From Paraspadella gotoi (Eukaryota; Animalia; Chaetognatha), in contig CM119268.1 in the NCBI GenBank assembly GCA_051294375.1, positions 14,714,210 through 14,778,209 of the forward strand: a stretch of 64,000 bases of DNA. Direction: 5' to 3'. Within the stretch, counting starts at the first letter, position 1, and every line of letters starts with the position of its first letter. Shown here piece by piece: positions 39,101 through 55,829 of the stretch. The notes below the pieces were generated by a model. That model saw nothing but the letters and a program-made list of their open reading frames with translations, searched no databases and was not told the origin of the DNA. The position numbers and the translations under genes were made by a program.

Positions 39101-39533
39101 TTGCACAATGAGCAACTCTCGTCTTCTCTGGTGGAGTAGATATCGACGAATCGTCTGATTCTTTTGTTCAAATAGATTTCGTTTCTCTTTTGACTTAACT
39201 AATAACATTGGATTTTAAAATCATCTGATCTATTTATCAATTATTTATTAATCTATCTACCCATCTCCTTTCAAGTCCATTTGTCTATATCGCTATCTAT
39301 CTCTATTTATTTCTCTTTCTTTCCCCGCTTTCCTCTCTCCTCTCTTTCCCTCCATCCCTCCTGCCCTCCCTGTCTCTGTCTCAGTCGTTCTCGAATTTTC
39401 TTTTCCGCTCTTCGTCGCCTTCAGGGTCACAAGAGTCGGCGTCGGCCGCCCGAATTGGTTTGACAACAATTTTTTTTCCTTTTCTTTTCTTTTTTGCTCT
39501 TTTCTACTTTCTATTTTCTTCTTCTCTTCTTCT

Positions 39534-39565
<32 letters not shown>

Positions 39566-40151
39566 TTCTTCTTCTTCTTCTTCTTCCTTCTTTTCTCATT
39601 CTTTTTCAATTTTTTCCTTTCAATGTGCAAAGCGCTTTTTTCGTCTCTTTCTTCATCTTCTTTTCAATTCATTATAGTATACTTTAATAAACTTTAATTT
39701 CTTCTTTTCTTTTTTGTTCCACCAGTTTGTTTTGCTTCTCTCGCTCCCTTTTCCCCTTTCTCTTTTTCCTGATAAGACTAAGCCGCGTTGTCGCCGAGAA
39801 TTTTTTCCTTTTTCCCTATTACTTCTTCCATCACCGGCGGTCCGCTAATAGCTAGTCTCTCGGTCCCAGTTAATACAAATTATCTTTTTTCTTAACCGAG
39901 AGAATTTTCGCCGATTTTTGGTTAATCCCCACTATGTATCAAGTAAAAGCCAAATAAGCGGCAAGCTCCTGACTAACGTCATGAATTGCCCACGGAAAGT
40001 TTCGGGAGAATAACGACAAACAACACCATCTGGAAAAAATTCTCATAAACTACGAACCTTTACCCTTGAGAAGGATCGTACACCTGCGGGCCGATTTTGG
40101 CATTTTTTTTTAGTAAATTAATCTTTTAAGTTTAAAGTAATCAAAGCAACG

Positions 40152-42855
40152 ATGAGAGAAAAGTGTCTTTCTTCTTCGGCTTCAGGAACCTTGGGGTCAA
40201 AGCGCGTGCGTATCAGGTTGAGCCCGAGCCCGTGACAAATTCGTTGTTGTTTGTTTGAACGAACGAGCTAAGATTTGTGACAATAAATTTTAAGTTTAAA
40301 AGTTGGAGTTAAGGAGACGAAAAGTAATACTCTTTAAAAAACTTAAGGGGAAAAACCGTTGAGAGATCGTTTTTCTGCTCACACAGAAATCGGGAACGCG
40401 TGCTGGGAAATTGTAAAACTGCCTTGGAAGGCACGGGATTCAACCCGATGGAACAGGTTCGTTTGTTTGGTTCCCCTCCCAGCGATGATATCAATGATTA
40501 ATTAATCATTTGTCTTTGTTGTTGTTTGAATTCTTTTTTTCTTTTAAAATAATTCTTAAAAGTTTTATCTTTTCCCCACTCACCAGATGCCGTCGGAACA
40601 AGAACCGATGCGGGCGGCGGAGAAACGACTCCCTTCACCACTGTTCTTCCAGGCTGAGACAGGTGCGGTGAATGGAGATGACGGTTAAGGGGACCTGTGC
40701 TCCTTGCGAATGTTCTTAACTGAAGCTTCCGGTTCAGGCCGCGGGTAAAGCATAGCACGTCCCCCGTCGCTGCGGATCAATGGATGGACCTTGAGTGCCA
40801 CGGTCGTGGACGAGGTGAGGACCGGACTTAACCGTCCACTCTTGCCAGAACACCGAGCAAGCTCATCACCGGCAAGGAGGGACGCTGCCGAACAATTACG
40901 CAGGTTTTTTAACTGGGAGAAGAATGACGACGACGACGATGAACGTCTTGGAGCAATTTGATTGCGTGGTTAGCTTTTCAGGAGGTCAGCTACCGCACCA
41001 TTGGAAAAGGAGATGCATCGATTTGGTTTCCTCGATGCGAGTCAGAAAACACTCTGCGGATAAAATGCACCGGCCTTCAAAAAGGTGACGATTGGCTGGA
41101 ACCCTCAATTCGACCTCATTTCCCCAGTTCATTTTTTCCAATGCTTCAATCCCTCTTCTTCAGGCTTCCTCAGTCTTCCAGCTGCGTTTGGGCGGTGGCA
41201 CCGGAAGCGGCTTCAACCGCTCTCTCCTCATGGAGAGACCTTTCCCGCGTCGATACGGCAAAAAAATCCAAGCTGGAATTCTCGGTCTATCCTTGGTACC
41301 GCGCAAGGTCGGTAGATGAGCGACGCTGCTTGGCCAGATCCGGCACATTGTCCCCGGGATACTATACCTTCAATGCAAACTCTGAACGATCTATTCCGCA
41401 GAATCTCCACCCACCGACGGTTGTTGGAGCCGTACAATAGTCTGTTTTGGTTGACTTTTGCATCACACGGTCTTCTGACTATGAGCGCTGGACAACACAC
41501 TACGGACTGCGCCCTTCATGGTCGACATGAAACGAGGCCGCTTTACGGATGTGTGCAGGTCCCGAACAGAAGGGGGGAGAATACAATGAAGAGAGCGGAA
41601 GTATCGGGGGGGAAAATAATTGATTGATTGACCGATTGTTATTTTTAAACTGCTTATATTATTACAAAGGCGAAAGTTGGACATGAAGCGTACCCGACTT
41701 ACACCACCAAACTTGAAATAGGCTCTTAGCGTCAAGGTCGTGAGGTCCTCGCTGACGGCGTCTCTCAGATTCGATCGTCCACGGCCTGGGCGCTCAACGG
41801 TCAGACTTTGCCGAGTTCGCCAGACGAATTTGGTGAGGGTTCGAGCATCTAATTGACTCTGGAGAACGAGAATAAAACTTCATTTTTTTCTCTCACCCCT
41901 TAAAAACATCTAGGTTTGCCTTAAAACCCCCCCCCCCCTTCGCATCCATCATTTCCTCTCGGGCGAACCCCCGACTATCCGCAGCCCGCGGTGATTTCCG
42001 GATTTCCGCGGAGAAAAGCTTAATACGAGGGCAGCTGACCGTCGCGGAAATCACCAATGCTTGTTTGAGCCGGCCCAATGCAGGTTTTGGAATAAGTGAG
42101 AGTTTGGTTTCATGAATCGAATCAAGCTTTCTTAACTGCCTCGAGTTTGAATCAGATGGTCAAGTGCGGACAACCTCGTCAACGGAAAATAATGGCCTGT
42201 TGGTGTCTGTTGTAACCGAGCGGAGACGTGGTTCCCAAAGACCGTTAACGGGCCGCCATCGCCACAGCCAATGCAAGACCAAGCGGACGATCAATTCGTC
42301 GATTTGGTGTCGCAACCGGTTTCAAGGTAGATACTTTCTTTTTCTATCGGGATGCCTATTTAATTATTGAAATGAGCGAAAAGAATTAACTTTAGAATTG
42401 GGGCGTCGCCAGGGTTGGAATGTTCAACTACCCAGCAGCACCACTGTGGTGCCGGGCGGAGACTTGGCCAAAGTCCAAACGCGCCGTCTGCATTGTTGAA
42501 ACGAACACCACCGCGCCATCGCCGAATGCTTGGGCCAAGGCTCAACCACAAGTTCCGATCTGATGTACGCCAAGAGAGCCCTTTGTTCACAGTGGTAAGT
42601 ATCGAGAAGAGAGAGAGGAGAGAGAGAAGAGAGAGGAGAGAGAGAAAGAGAGGAGGTGTAGAGAGAGAGAGAGAGAAGACTACGAGTTCTTATTTTCCTC
42701 AACTTCACATGGTAGGTCGGTAGGGATGGAGGAGGGGTGAGAGTTTCTCCGGAGGCGGAGAGAAGATTTGGCTGCGTTGGAGAAAGACTACGAAGGAAGT
42801 TTGGGAATGGACTGCGGTGGAGGCGGAGCGGAGAGAAAGGAAGGAGGAGGAGTGA
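40152..42855 (+). pseudogene. Alpha-tubulin, heavily indel-damaged mirror copy (probable long-read artefact)
   Basis: ATGAGAGAAAAGTGTC start remnant, [17 protein letters not shown] and EKDYE remnants. Same intron positions as the minus-strand copy, with frequent single-base insertions. Confidence 0.8.
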
Positions 42856-43879
42856 AGGGAGTGAGGAGGGGATGAAAAAAGGGGAGGAAGGAGTGAAGAG
42901 GAAGAGAAAAAAGAAGAGTGAAAGACAAGAAAAGGGACACGAAAAAAAGAAAAAAAAGTCTCCATTAGTAACCTACCCGGTGATTATAAAAATATAATTA
43001 TTATTAAAATTAGTAGGCAAGATGAAAAATTATCATTTTAAAAAAAAATATAATTTTGTAAATCTGTAAGAAGTAAAAGCCACATCCAGAATAAATTGTT
43101 ATTATATTTTATGAGCGTCTTGAAGTTTTGAAATTTTTAGACGAAATTGTTTTGAGTGTTAGAACTTCGACGAAACGAATTGACTATTTCAGCGCAAAAC
43201 TTTGGCAAACAATGTTTTGGACGAGTGAAATATAAAAGAGGGAGAATGGAGAAAATAAACGAGAGTAACAGGAAGCGAGACAGAGCGAGAGGGAGGAGAG
43301 AGGGAGAAGAGAGAGAGAGAAAGAGGAGGGGAGAGAGAGAGAGGAGAGTAGAAGAGAAGAGAGAAAGAGAAGAGAGAACGAGAGGAGAGGGAGAGAGAGA
43401 GAGAGAGAGAGAGAAGAGAGGATCAGCGCAAGGGAGAAAGGCGAAAAGTGGAGAGAAATGGAAAGGATCGGATTTTTTTCGATTTGAGTTCTTCGGCGAA
43501 TCTTTATCTCTCTCTCTCGTTTTTTCTCCATTCTCCCTCTTTATATTTCACTCGTCCAAACATTTTGCCGAAAGTTTTGCGGAAAATAGTCAATTCGTTC
43601 GTACGAAGTTTCTAACACTCAAACATTTCGTCTAAAAATCAAAACTTCAGACGCTATAAATAATAACATTTATTCTGAGTTACTTCTACAGATTTTACAA
43701 TTTTTAAATGATAATTTTCATTCTGCTACTAATAATAATAATTATATTTTATAATCACGGTAGTTACTAATGGAGACTTTTTTTTCTTTTTTTCGTGTCC
43801 CTTTTCTTGTCTTTCACTCTTCTTTTTTCTCTTCCTCTTCACTCCTTCCTCCCCTTTTTTCATCCCCTCCTCACTCCCT

Positions 43880-47538
<3,659 letters not shown>

Positions 47539-50500
47539 CGTGCTTTGATTACTTTAAACTAAAGATTTAATTTCTTACTAAAAAAATGCACGCAAAGTCA
47601 GCTGTACGATCCTTCTCAAGAGGTAAAGGTTCGTAGTTATGATGATTTTTTCCATGATTTTGGTTTTCGTTATCTTTCCGAAAGTTTCGTGGGCAATTCA
47701 TGACGTTAGTCAGAGTTCCTATTTTTGCTTTTACTTGATACATAGTGGGGATTAAAAAAAATCGGGAAATTCTTCGGTGTAGAAGAAAAGATATATTGTT
47801 AACTGGGAGGAGATGTATAGTAGGGTGATAGAAGTATGAAGAAAAGGGAAAAATCTCGGCGACAGACCGCGGTAGTCTATCAGGAAAGAGAAAGGAAAAG
47901 GAGCGGAGAGAGAAGAAAAACAAATGTGGAACGAAAAAAAGAAAAGAAGAAATTTAAAGTATTAAAGTATACTATAATGAATGAAAAGAAGATGAAGAAA
48001 GAGACGAAAAAAGCGCTTTGCACATTGAAAGAAAAAATGAAAAGAGAGAATGAGAAAGAAGAAGAAGAAGAAGAAGAAGAAGAAGAAGAAGAAGAAGAAG
48101 AAGAAGAAGAAGAAGAAAGAAGAAGAGAGAAGAAGAAAATAGAAAGTAGAAAAGAGAAAAAAGAAAAGAAAAGAAAAAAAATGTTGTCAAACAATTCGGG
48201 GGCGACGCCGACTCTGTGACCCTGAAGGCGACGAAGAAGGAACGGAAAGAGAAAATTCGAGAGACGACTGAGACAGAGACAGGGAAAGGGAGGGAGGAGG
48301 GAGAGAGAGAGAACAAGGGGGGAAGAGAAAGAGAAATAAATAGAGATAGATAGCGATATAGACTGATAAGAGGACTTGAAAGGAGATGGGTAGATAGATT
48401 AATAAATAATTGATAAATAGATCAGAATGATTTAAAAAATCCAATGTTATTAGTTAAGTCAAAAAGAGAACAAACGAAAATCTTCATTTAGAACAAAAGA
48501 ACTCAAACGNNNNNNNNNNNNNNNNNNNNNNNNNCGATTCGTCGATATCTACTCACCAGAGAAGACGAGGAGTTGCTCATTGTGCTAACTTATTCACTTT
48601 TTTTGAGAGTGTTATTTTTCACAGTTCCGTTTCGCTTCTTTGCCGTTGCTTGGATATTTTCTTTTTCACCTCAGATTAGTTTTACTTACCCTCCTTTGCC
48701 ACGTCTAGGCCGTTTTGTTTGTCTCAGCTCGGTTTGCTTGCTTAAGACTCGGTTCAGTTTGCTTGCTTAGATTCAGCTTGGTTGTCTTTCTTCGCCTCCT
48801 TCGCCAAGGCTTAGTTTCCAACATCCTGCACGTCGACCCCGTCGGACCCTTACCCCTCTTCTCTTTTCTTACCCAAGTCCTTTTCTCGCCCATGAAAGCC
48901 TTGGCTTTGCCCGCCCGCGTTGGCTGCGGACCTCCTCCATTCCACTTCCCCATCTCACCCTTTCACTCCCCCCCCCCACGTCTCGCCTGTCCGGGTGCCG
49001 TGGCGCTCGTCGCGACGCGGGGCCCATGGTTTGGCCCCGCGGCGCGCGAGAGAGAGCGAGAGAGAGCGAGAGCGAGAGAGAGAGAGCGAGAGCGAACCGG
49101 CGGGCGGGCGAAAGGAGAAAGGGGGGTAAGTCGGGGGGAGCGAAAGCGGGCGGAAAGGCGGCCGGCGTCGGTCGGCGTCGGTCGGCGTCGAATGGCGCCG
49201 AGAAAGAAAGGAAGAAAGGAAGAGAGAGTGAAAGTGAAAGAGATTGAAAGAGAAAGGGAAAGGGAAGAGTGTTGAAGAACGAAAACCACTAGATGATATG
49301 TATGAGAAAGAAGAAAAGAAAAATATAGTGAAAGGGAAAGATAAAAATGTAATGAATAGAGTAAAAAAGAAGAAAAAGAAGAAAAAGACTAAAACACGGA
49401 GAAAGTAAAAGGGGGAGAAAAGAGAAAGAGAAAAGAGAGAGGTAGAAAAAAGCAAAGCAAAAACATTGAAAGCGAAAGGAGAAAGTGAAAGAGAAAGCGA
49501 AAGCGTTTAGAGGAGCGAACGGGCATGGCTTTCCTCTTTCTCTGCCTCTCTCTCTCGCTCGGCCGGCGCGCGTGTCCCCATTTCAGTCTTCGCTCCGTGA
49601 TACTTCCGCCTAATTAAACGCGGTAGGGACCGAATCCGGGGGGAATCCGTAACGAATAGTTCCTCTCTCCGAACGTTACGAGGTTCGGAGTCGACGACTG
49701 AAAACGTCGGGAGCGCCTCCCTCCGCTTCCGGGTCTGCCGTCACGGCCATCGCCGCCTGATCCTTTTTTTTTCCTCCTCCTCTTTCCTCAGCTTCCTCCT
49801 CTTCGTCTTCCTCCTCTTCTCATTCCTCCCTCTCTGAAATCGTCCTCCCTTTTTTTTCCTTCTGCGTCTGGCGCGTTTTCGTTCTTTTTTTTTCCTCCCT
49901 TTTAAAAATCAGCAACTTTCGTTTCTCTTCTTTTGCTTTCGTTTTCTCCCTTCGGTTACGTTTTCTCTACATTTTCCCGTCACACGATTTTCTACTTACT
50001 TTATTATCTCTTTTAATCTCTTTCCTTCTCTTTCCTTTTTTTTTCCCCTCTTCCTTTCCTTTTTTCGACACTAAATTTCCTCCTTTCCTTTCCTCCGCTT
50101 CCTCGTTATCTTCCTCCGTTTAACTCCTTATCGCTCTCTCCCTCTCCTCGACCTCTCTCGCCCTCCCAGACGCCCATTCGTCGTCGACGACTTCCCCTCG
50201 TCTTCTTCTTCCTCCTCCTCCTCCTCCTCCTCCTCCTCCTCCTCCCCTCCTTCCTCACGTGACGTCCTGCCTCGGCGTCAAACCCATCATCCGGAGGCGA
50301 CAGGCGGAAGACGACGAGAAGGAAATGATGGCGGAGATGAAGGGGGAGGGAGGGGGGGGTGAGAGAGAGGGAGAGAGGGAGACGGAACACCCGAAGTGTT
50401 GAGAAAGAGAGCTAGAGGATATAGAGATGGAAGAGAAAGAAAGGAAGAGGTTGTGATAGCTCGGGATTCTCTGAAGCTAGAAGGAAAAAAAATATAAAAT

Positions 50501-50845
50501 TGAAAAGAAGCCCGGGGAAGGAAGAAACTGGATTGGGAAGAGATGAAGAAAAATAAAAAGGTAGGTTAAAATTAGGGTCGAAGTCGAGAAAAATAGGAGG
50601 AGTTATTAGATATCTAATTTTAACTCCCAAAAATCTGAAAAAACTCGGCATTCATTTTTTTTTCTTTCGAAAGTGTGAGCTACAAAAGAAAATGAAAAGA
50701 AATGACCTTAAAAATAATGCGTTTTAAATATTTAAATCTCGTTGGGAGAGAAAAAGCGGAAAAAAAAAAAGGGGAGAACGCAAATTAACGAAGCGCGCGA
50801 AAATTAAAGCACAGGAGTAAAAAGGAGAAGGAGTGAGAAAGAGAG

Positions 50846-50883
<38 letters not shown>

Positions 50884-50884
50884 T

Positions 50885-50936
<52 letters not shown>

Positions 50937-52134
50937 CGTGAAGAAAAAAATATTTGAAGGAAATTCGGCGTCGAGCTGTAAGGGTGTGGCCAAAAACCTC
51001 GACACTAGAAGGGGGGAGTTTAAAGTTTGAAGCGGCGACCTCGTTCACGAGTTCGAAGGTCACATCGGTGCATCTTCGCGAACAGTGAAGGTCGCAAGTT
51101 TGTTTGTCAGGTTTTTTTTAAGTCTCCGTTCACTTGACTTCACTTCTTTAAAAAAATTTTTAAAAGCTATTCTTTAAAAGCGCTTACGAAATCTCACGAT
51201 ACGAGTGATCCAAAGTTCACATTTAATGTTTCTCGATTTACGTCAATATCCTTGGTTGCCCTCAGGGATCGCACGATTGCCTGCCAAGCACTAATAACGG
51301 ACAATGACAATCAATGGTCNNNNNNNNNNNNNNNNNNNNNNNNNNNNNNNNNNNNNNNNNNNNNNNNNNNNNNNNNNNNNNNNNNNNNNNNNNNNNNNNN
51401 NNNNNNNNNNNNNNNNNNNNNNNNNNNNNNNNNNNNNNNNNNNNNNNNNNNNNNNNNNNNNNNNNNNNNNNNNNNNNNNNNNNNNNNNNNNNNNNNNNNN
51501 NNNNNNNNNNNNNNNNNNNNNNNNNNNNNNNNNNNNNNNNNNNNNNNNNNNNNNNNNNNNNNNNNNNNNNNNNNNNNNNNNNNNNNNNNNNNNNNNNNNN
51601 NNNNNNNNNNNNNNNNNNNNNNNNNNNNNNNNNNNNNNNNNNNNNNNNNNNNNNNNNNNNNNNNNNNNNNNNNNNNNNNNNNNNNNNNNNNNNNNNNNNN
51701 NNNNNNNNNNNNNNNNNNNNNNNNNNNNNNNNNNNNNNNNNNNNNNNNNNNNNNNNNNNNNNNNNNNNNNNNNNNNNNNNNNNNNNNNNNNNNNNNNNNN
51801 NNNNNNNNNNNNNNNNNNNNNNNNNNNNNNNNNNNNNNNNNNNNNNNNNNNNNNNNNNNNNAGAGAGAGAGAGAGAGAGCGACGGTGCCACGAGCCGGCC
51901 GGGTGTCGGCGTGAGGCGTTAGCGACGAAGGGCGAGAAGGGGAAAAAATAGGAAGCGAGGAGAGTTTGGTTTTGATAAGTAGAAAAGATGGGGGATGGCG
52001 TTGAGGGGGAGGAGACGCGTCAAAGTTAGAAAAGAGTGAGAGGGAGTCATTTTTATTTTCGGTTCGATCCTTTGGTTACCGTGAAAGTATTTTTTTTTTC
52101 GATAAATATTTTTTGTTGGAGTGTGGAGACGATG

Positions 52135-52179
<45 letters not shown>

Positions 52180-52281
52180 TTCATCGTCTTCATCATCGTC
52201 ATCATTCTGATCTAGCGCGTTTCTCCGTCACTGGTTAGAGGCAAAAAATATTCAACTCGTTAGCGGAAGGGGGGGAAGGAT

Positions 52282-52312
<31 letters not shown>

Positions 52313-52317
52313 AGAGA

Positions 52318-52375
<58 letters not shown>

Positions 52376-52643
52376 GAGAAGAAGAGAATAAAAGAAGGTA
52401 AAAAAGTAGACTGACAAGCGAGGTGCGGGAGAATAAAACTTTCACGAGAGACCAAAAAAAAAAGAAAAGTAAAAAAGAGAACAGAGGCGTAGAAAAATAA
52501 CGAAAAAAAAAGAAAAGAGGCCAGCAAAAAAAAGCAAAGGAAAAAAAACTTGATCTCACTGGAGGAAAAACACGGCCGTCGGGCGCCAAAGACAAGATTC
52601 TTAAAAAGAAAAAAAAACAGCGATCGCCGAAGCTCGAGTTCCG

Positions 52644-52897
52644 ATTGGCTCACTGGTTTTATCCCCTTTTCCACATTGGCCGTGTATTTTCAATGTTCGA
52701 ACGTGATTGGACGACTTTCGACCTCGCCGCGTCCGTGACTTCGTACTCAAAGTCCCTAATCAGAGGATCGGCGACTTGATTGGACGAGTTTGTTCGGCGG
52801 AGAGCATTGATTGGTCGAACGAAGAGCGAGACGTTTCTCTATTCGTCCAGACGACGTCAGCGAACGTGATTCTCGCCGTCGTCGCGGAACCGGAAGT
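52644..52897. promoter_or_regulatory. Cluster of five inverted CCAAT boxes plus an ETS motif (candidate NF-Y promoter)
   Basis: ATTGG at 52644, 52675, 52706, 52779 and 52810 (spacings 31, 31, 73, 31 bp). CCGGAAGT at 52890-52897. CpG-rich context. Confidence 0.55.
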
Positions 52898-53384
52898 CCC
52901 AGGAAACGCCAGGAGGCGGAAAAGCCGGAGATGGAAGAGGGGGATTGGAAATGGGAGAGTGGGAGAGTGGGAGAGTGGGAGGTGGGGAATGAAAGGAAGG
53001 GTGGAGAAGGATTTGGTAGAGGGGATTACTTATTAGAAATGTGATCGTTTCAGAAAAATAAATTAAAGTTAAGTTTTTGAATTACTTATGTTTGAACGAT
53101 TTTATATATTTTTATTTTATTTTTAAAAATGTTATAACATTTACCGTCAGTGCAAAAAAAATCAAATTAAAAACCGTAATTAAAAGGCAATAAACCACAC
53201 CTAAAAGAAAATAAAAATATTATATACTTGGTTTAAGGCTATGTGCGTATTTGAATTGTTTAAACTGTAAAAAGAAAATTCAGGGAGAAAGTTTACATAG
53301 AAAAACGACCAACGCAGGGATTTGGACCTGAGTTTCAATGAAGTCGAAAGCTGAGCCGAAAAAAGAAAGAAAGAAAGAAGGAAA

Positions 53385-53468
<84 letters not shown>

Positions 53469-53707
53469 AAGGCTCCGTCAATTAATCAATGATCAATCAA
53501 TAAATTAATCAATCAAAGAAATATTCTCCTACTGTAGCGTTAGTATTTTTAAAAATCCCAAAAACGAAAGAAATATTTTTATAAGCCGATTTTAAAAAAA
53601 AATTACTTGACATCCTACGCTAAACAAAACAAAAAAAATCATAAATCGAATTAAATTACTCCTAATTTAGCGACGACGGCGCTGAAAGTGAAACGAGATT
53701 GAGATTT

Positions 53708-53770
<63 letters not shown>

Positions 53771-53986
53771 ATCGGCTAAGAAAAATAAAGATCTGTTGAG
53801 TTAAAAGAAAAATAGAAGAGAAGAGCCCTTATTTATTTCTTTTATCTTTATTACTATTACTATTCCTTATATTTATTGTACCTTGCAATCCATTTTTCTT
53901 TCATACTCCCTCCACCCCCTCCACCCCCTCGATCCTCACCCACCTCCATCGTCTGACTCGTTGCCTTTTCTTTTGTGTTTCTTCAG

Positions 53987-55829
53987 AACCGGAGTCGCCT
54001 GGCGTCGAAACGCACGGCGCCGATGAGTCCCGACGAACTCAAAACAGAGGCGCTGCTGGGATTTCAAAGCGGCGCTGCCGGTTCCGTCGCCGCCGCCTCC
54101 GCCGCCGCCGTAGCCGCCGCCGCTGCGGCCGGCGCCAAAATTCAAAAGCTCGACCACCACCACCATCACGGGAGAGAGGACGGGGATAGAAGCTCGGAGA
54201 ACATGTGAGTGAGGGTGAATGGAAATGGGAGTTGAAGTGGGAACAGAAGGGATGACAGAAGTGGGAACAAAAGTGGCAGCATAAGTGGGATCGGAGGTGG
54301 GAATAAAATTGAAAAAGGTCCGCGAAAAAAACCGGGACCAGAACTTAGAAGGGAATCGACATTGGAACTGTGACTGGAACTCAAAATAGAACTATCGAAG
54401 TTTAAAAAATGGACTTAACTGCCAAAGAAGGGAACGTTCTCAAGAGTCCTAGTCATCAGAAAATGGACGATAAAAGACGAAAAAAATTGACAAAAATCTT
54501 GTTTAAGATGTTAAAATAATTTAATATTTATACTTTCCTCATTCGTTAAAGGACGATCGAGGAGCGACTCAAAGAGATCGAAAACAGACGCAAGGAAGAA
54601 GCAGCGGCGATCGGAGCCGCAGACGCGATCGCCGCCTCAACCACGCCCACCGCCGCCGCAGCCGCCGCCGCTGCGATCGCGGCCGAAAACCTCAGAGCAG
54701 GGTAATAATGGAAACGGGTTTCAAAATTAGCGATGGGACAATAAAATAATAGTTTATCCACGGCTTGTTAGGAGAAAAGTAGTAAAGTTTTAAACATTGA
54801 TGTTTTTTTTCCTCCAGGTCCTACCTCTGGCCCAACTCTTTCTCCTTCCTCCCTTCCTCCTCCTCTTCCTCGTCCTCTTCCTCCTCGGCCAGCCTCTTGG
54901 CCGCCTACCCTTTTTTCCTCCCTTACCTGCACAACGCCGCCGCCGCCGCGGCCGCCACTTCGGCCGCCGCGGCTCCGTCGACTCCCGCCGGCGAAGCGTC
55001 GTCTTTAATGGCGCCCAATTCCCCCTACAACCTGTCTCCAACGGCGGCGTCCATCCCGGGCGCCACCGCCGCAGTCTCGGGCGTCCCGGCGTCCCTTCTT
55101 CCCGCGTTCAACTACGCCAACCCGCTGGGCATCTACGCCGCCGATCTGTGGCAAAAGGGATTCGGGAGACACGCTGCGTCGGCGGCGTCGGCGGCGCACT
55201 ACATGGCGGCGGCTTCGTCGTCGCCGACGGCGTCTTCCTCCTCTTCCTCGTCGTCCTCTTCGTCGTCGTCAACGACTACCGCGACAAAAACGACGACGAC
55301 AACATCCTCCTCTTCGAATCATTACCACCACTCCCCCAATTCCCACCATCATCATAACAACAACAACAACACCATCAACCCCCCGTCCCCGTCCAGTCCC
55401 CACGGATCCCCGTCTCTTCCCCATCAGTCATCGTCGTCTTCAGAGGACGTGGACGGCAGAAGCAAGAAAGATTCCCCAACTCACTCCAACAACGACAAAG
55501 ACTATTCCACCTCCTCCTCCGCCAAAGACTCCAAGGACTCCCGCAGCCGAGACGCGTCGACGATAACGTCGACGAGCGTCGCCAAACCCCGCGGCGCAAC
55601 CGAGAAGGAGGTGTTGGACCTCTCCACCAAAAATCCCGCCAAATCCCCCGACGATTCTCGACGCGAATCCCACCTGCGGCTCTCCGCCAAGCAGCACCTA
55701 GCGTTCCAGCAACAGCAGGCGGCCCTGCAGCAACAACAGCAGGCGTTGCAGCAGCACTATCTGCGGGCGGCGGCTCTGCACACGCAGGGGCTGTTGACGA
55801 GAGCCTCGATTCCGATTCCAAATTCTTAG
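53987..55829 (+). CDS. 3' exons of a low-complexity (poly-Ala/His/Ser/Gln) protein, likely a transcriptional regulator with a CtBP-type DLS motif
   Basis: Exons 53987-54204, 54552-54701 and 54818-55829 are joined by GT..AG introns with consistent phase 2: NRSRLASKRTAPMSPDELK...SSENM|TIEERLKEIENRRKEE...ENLRAG|SYLWPNS...EVLDLSTK...IPIPNS*. No DNA-binding domain or start exon was identified. Confidence 0.72.
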
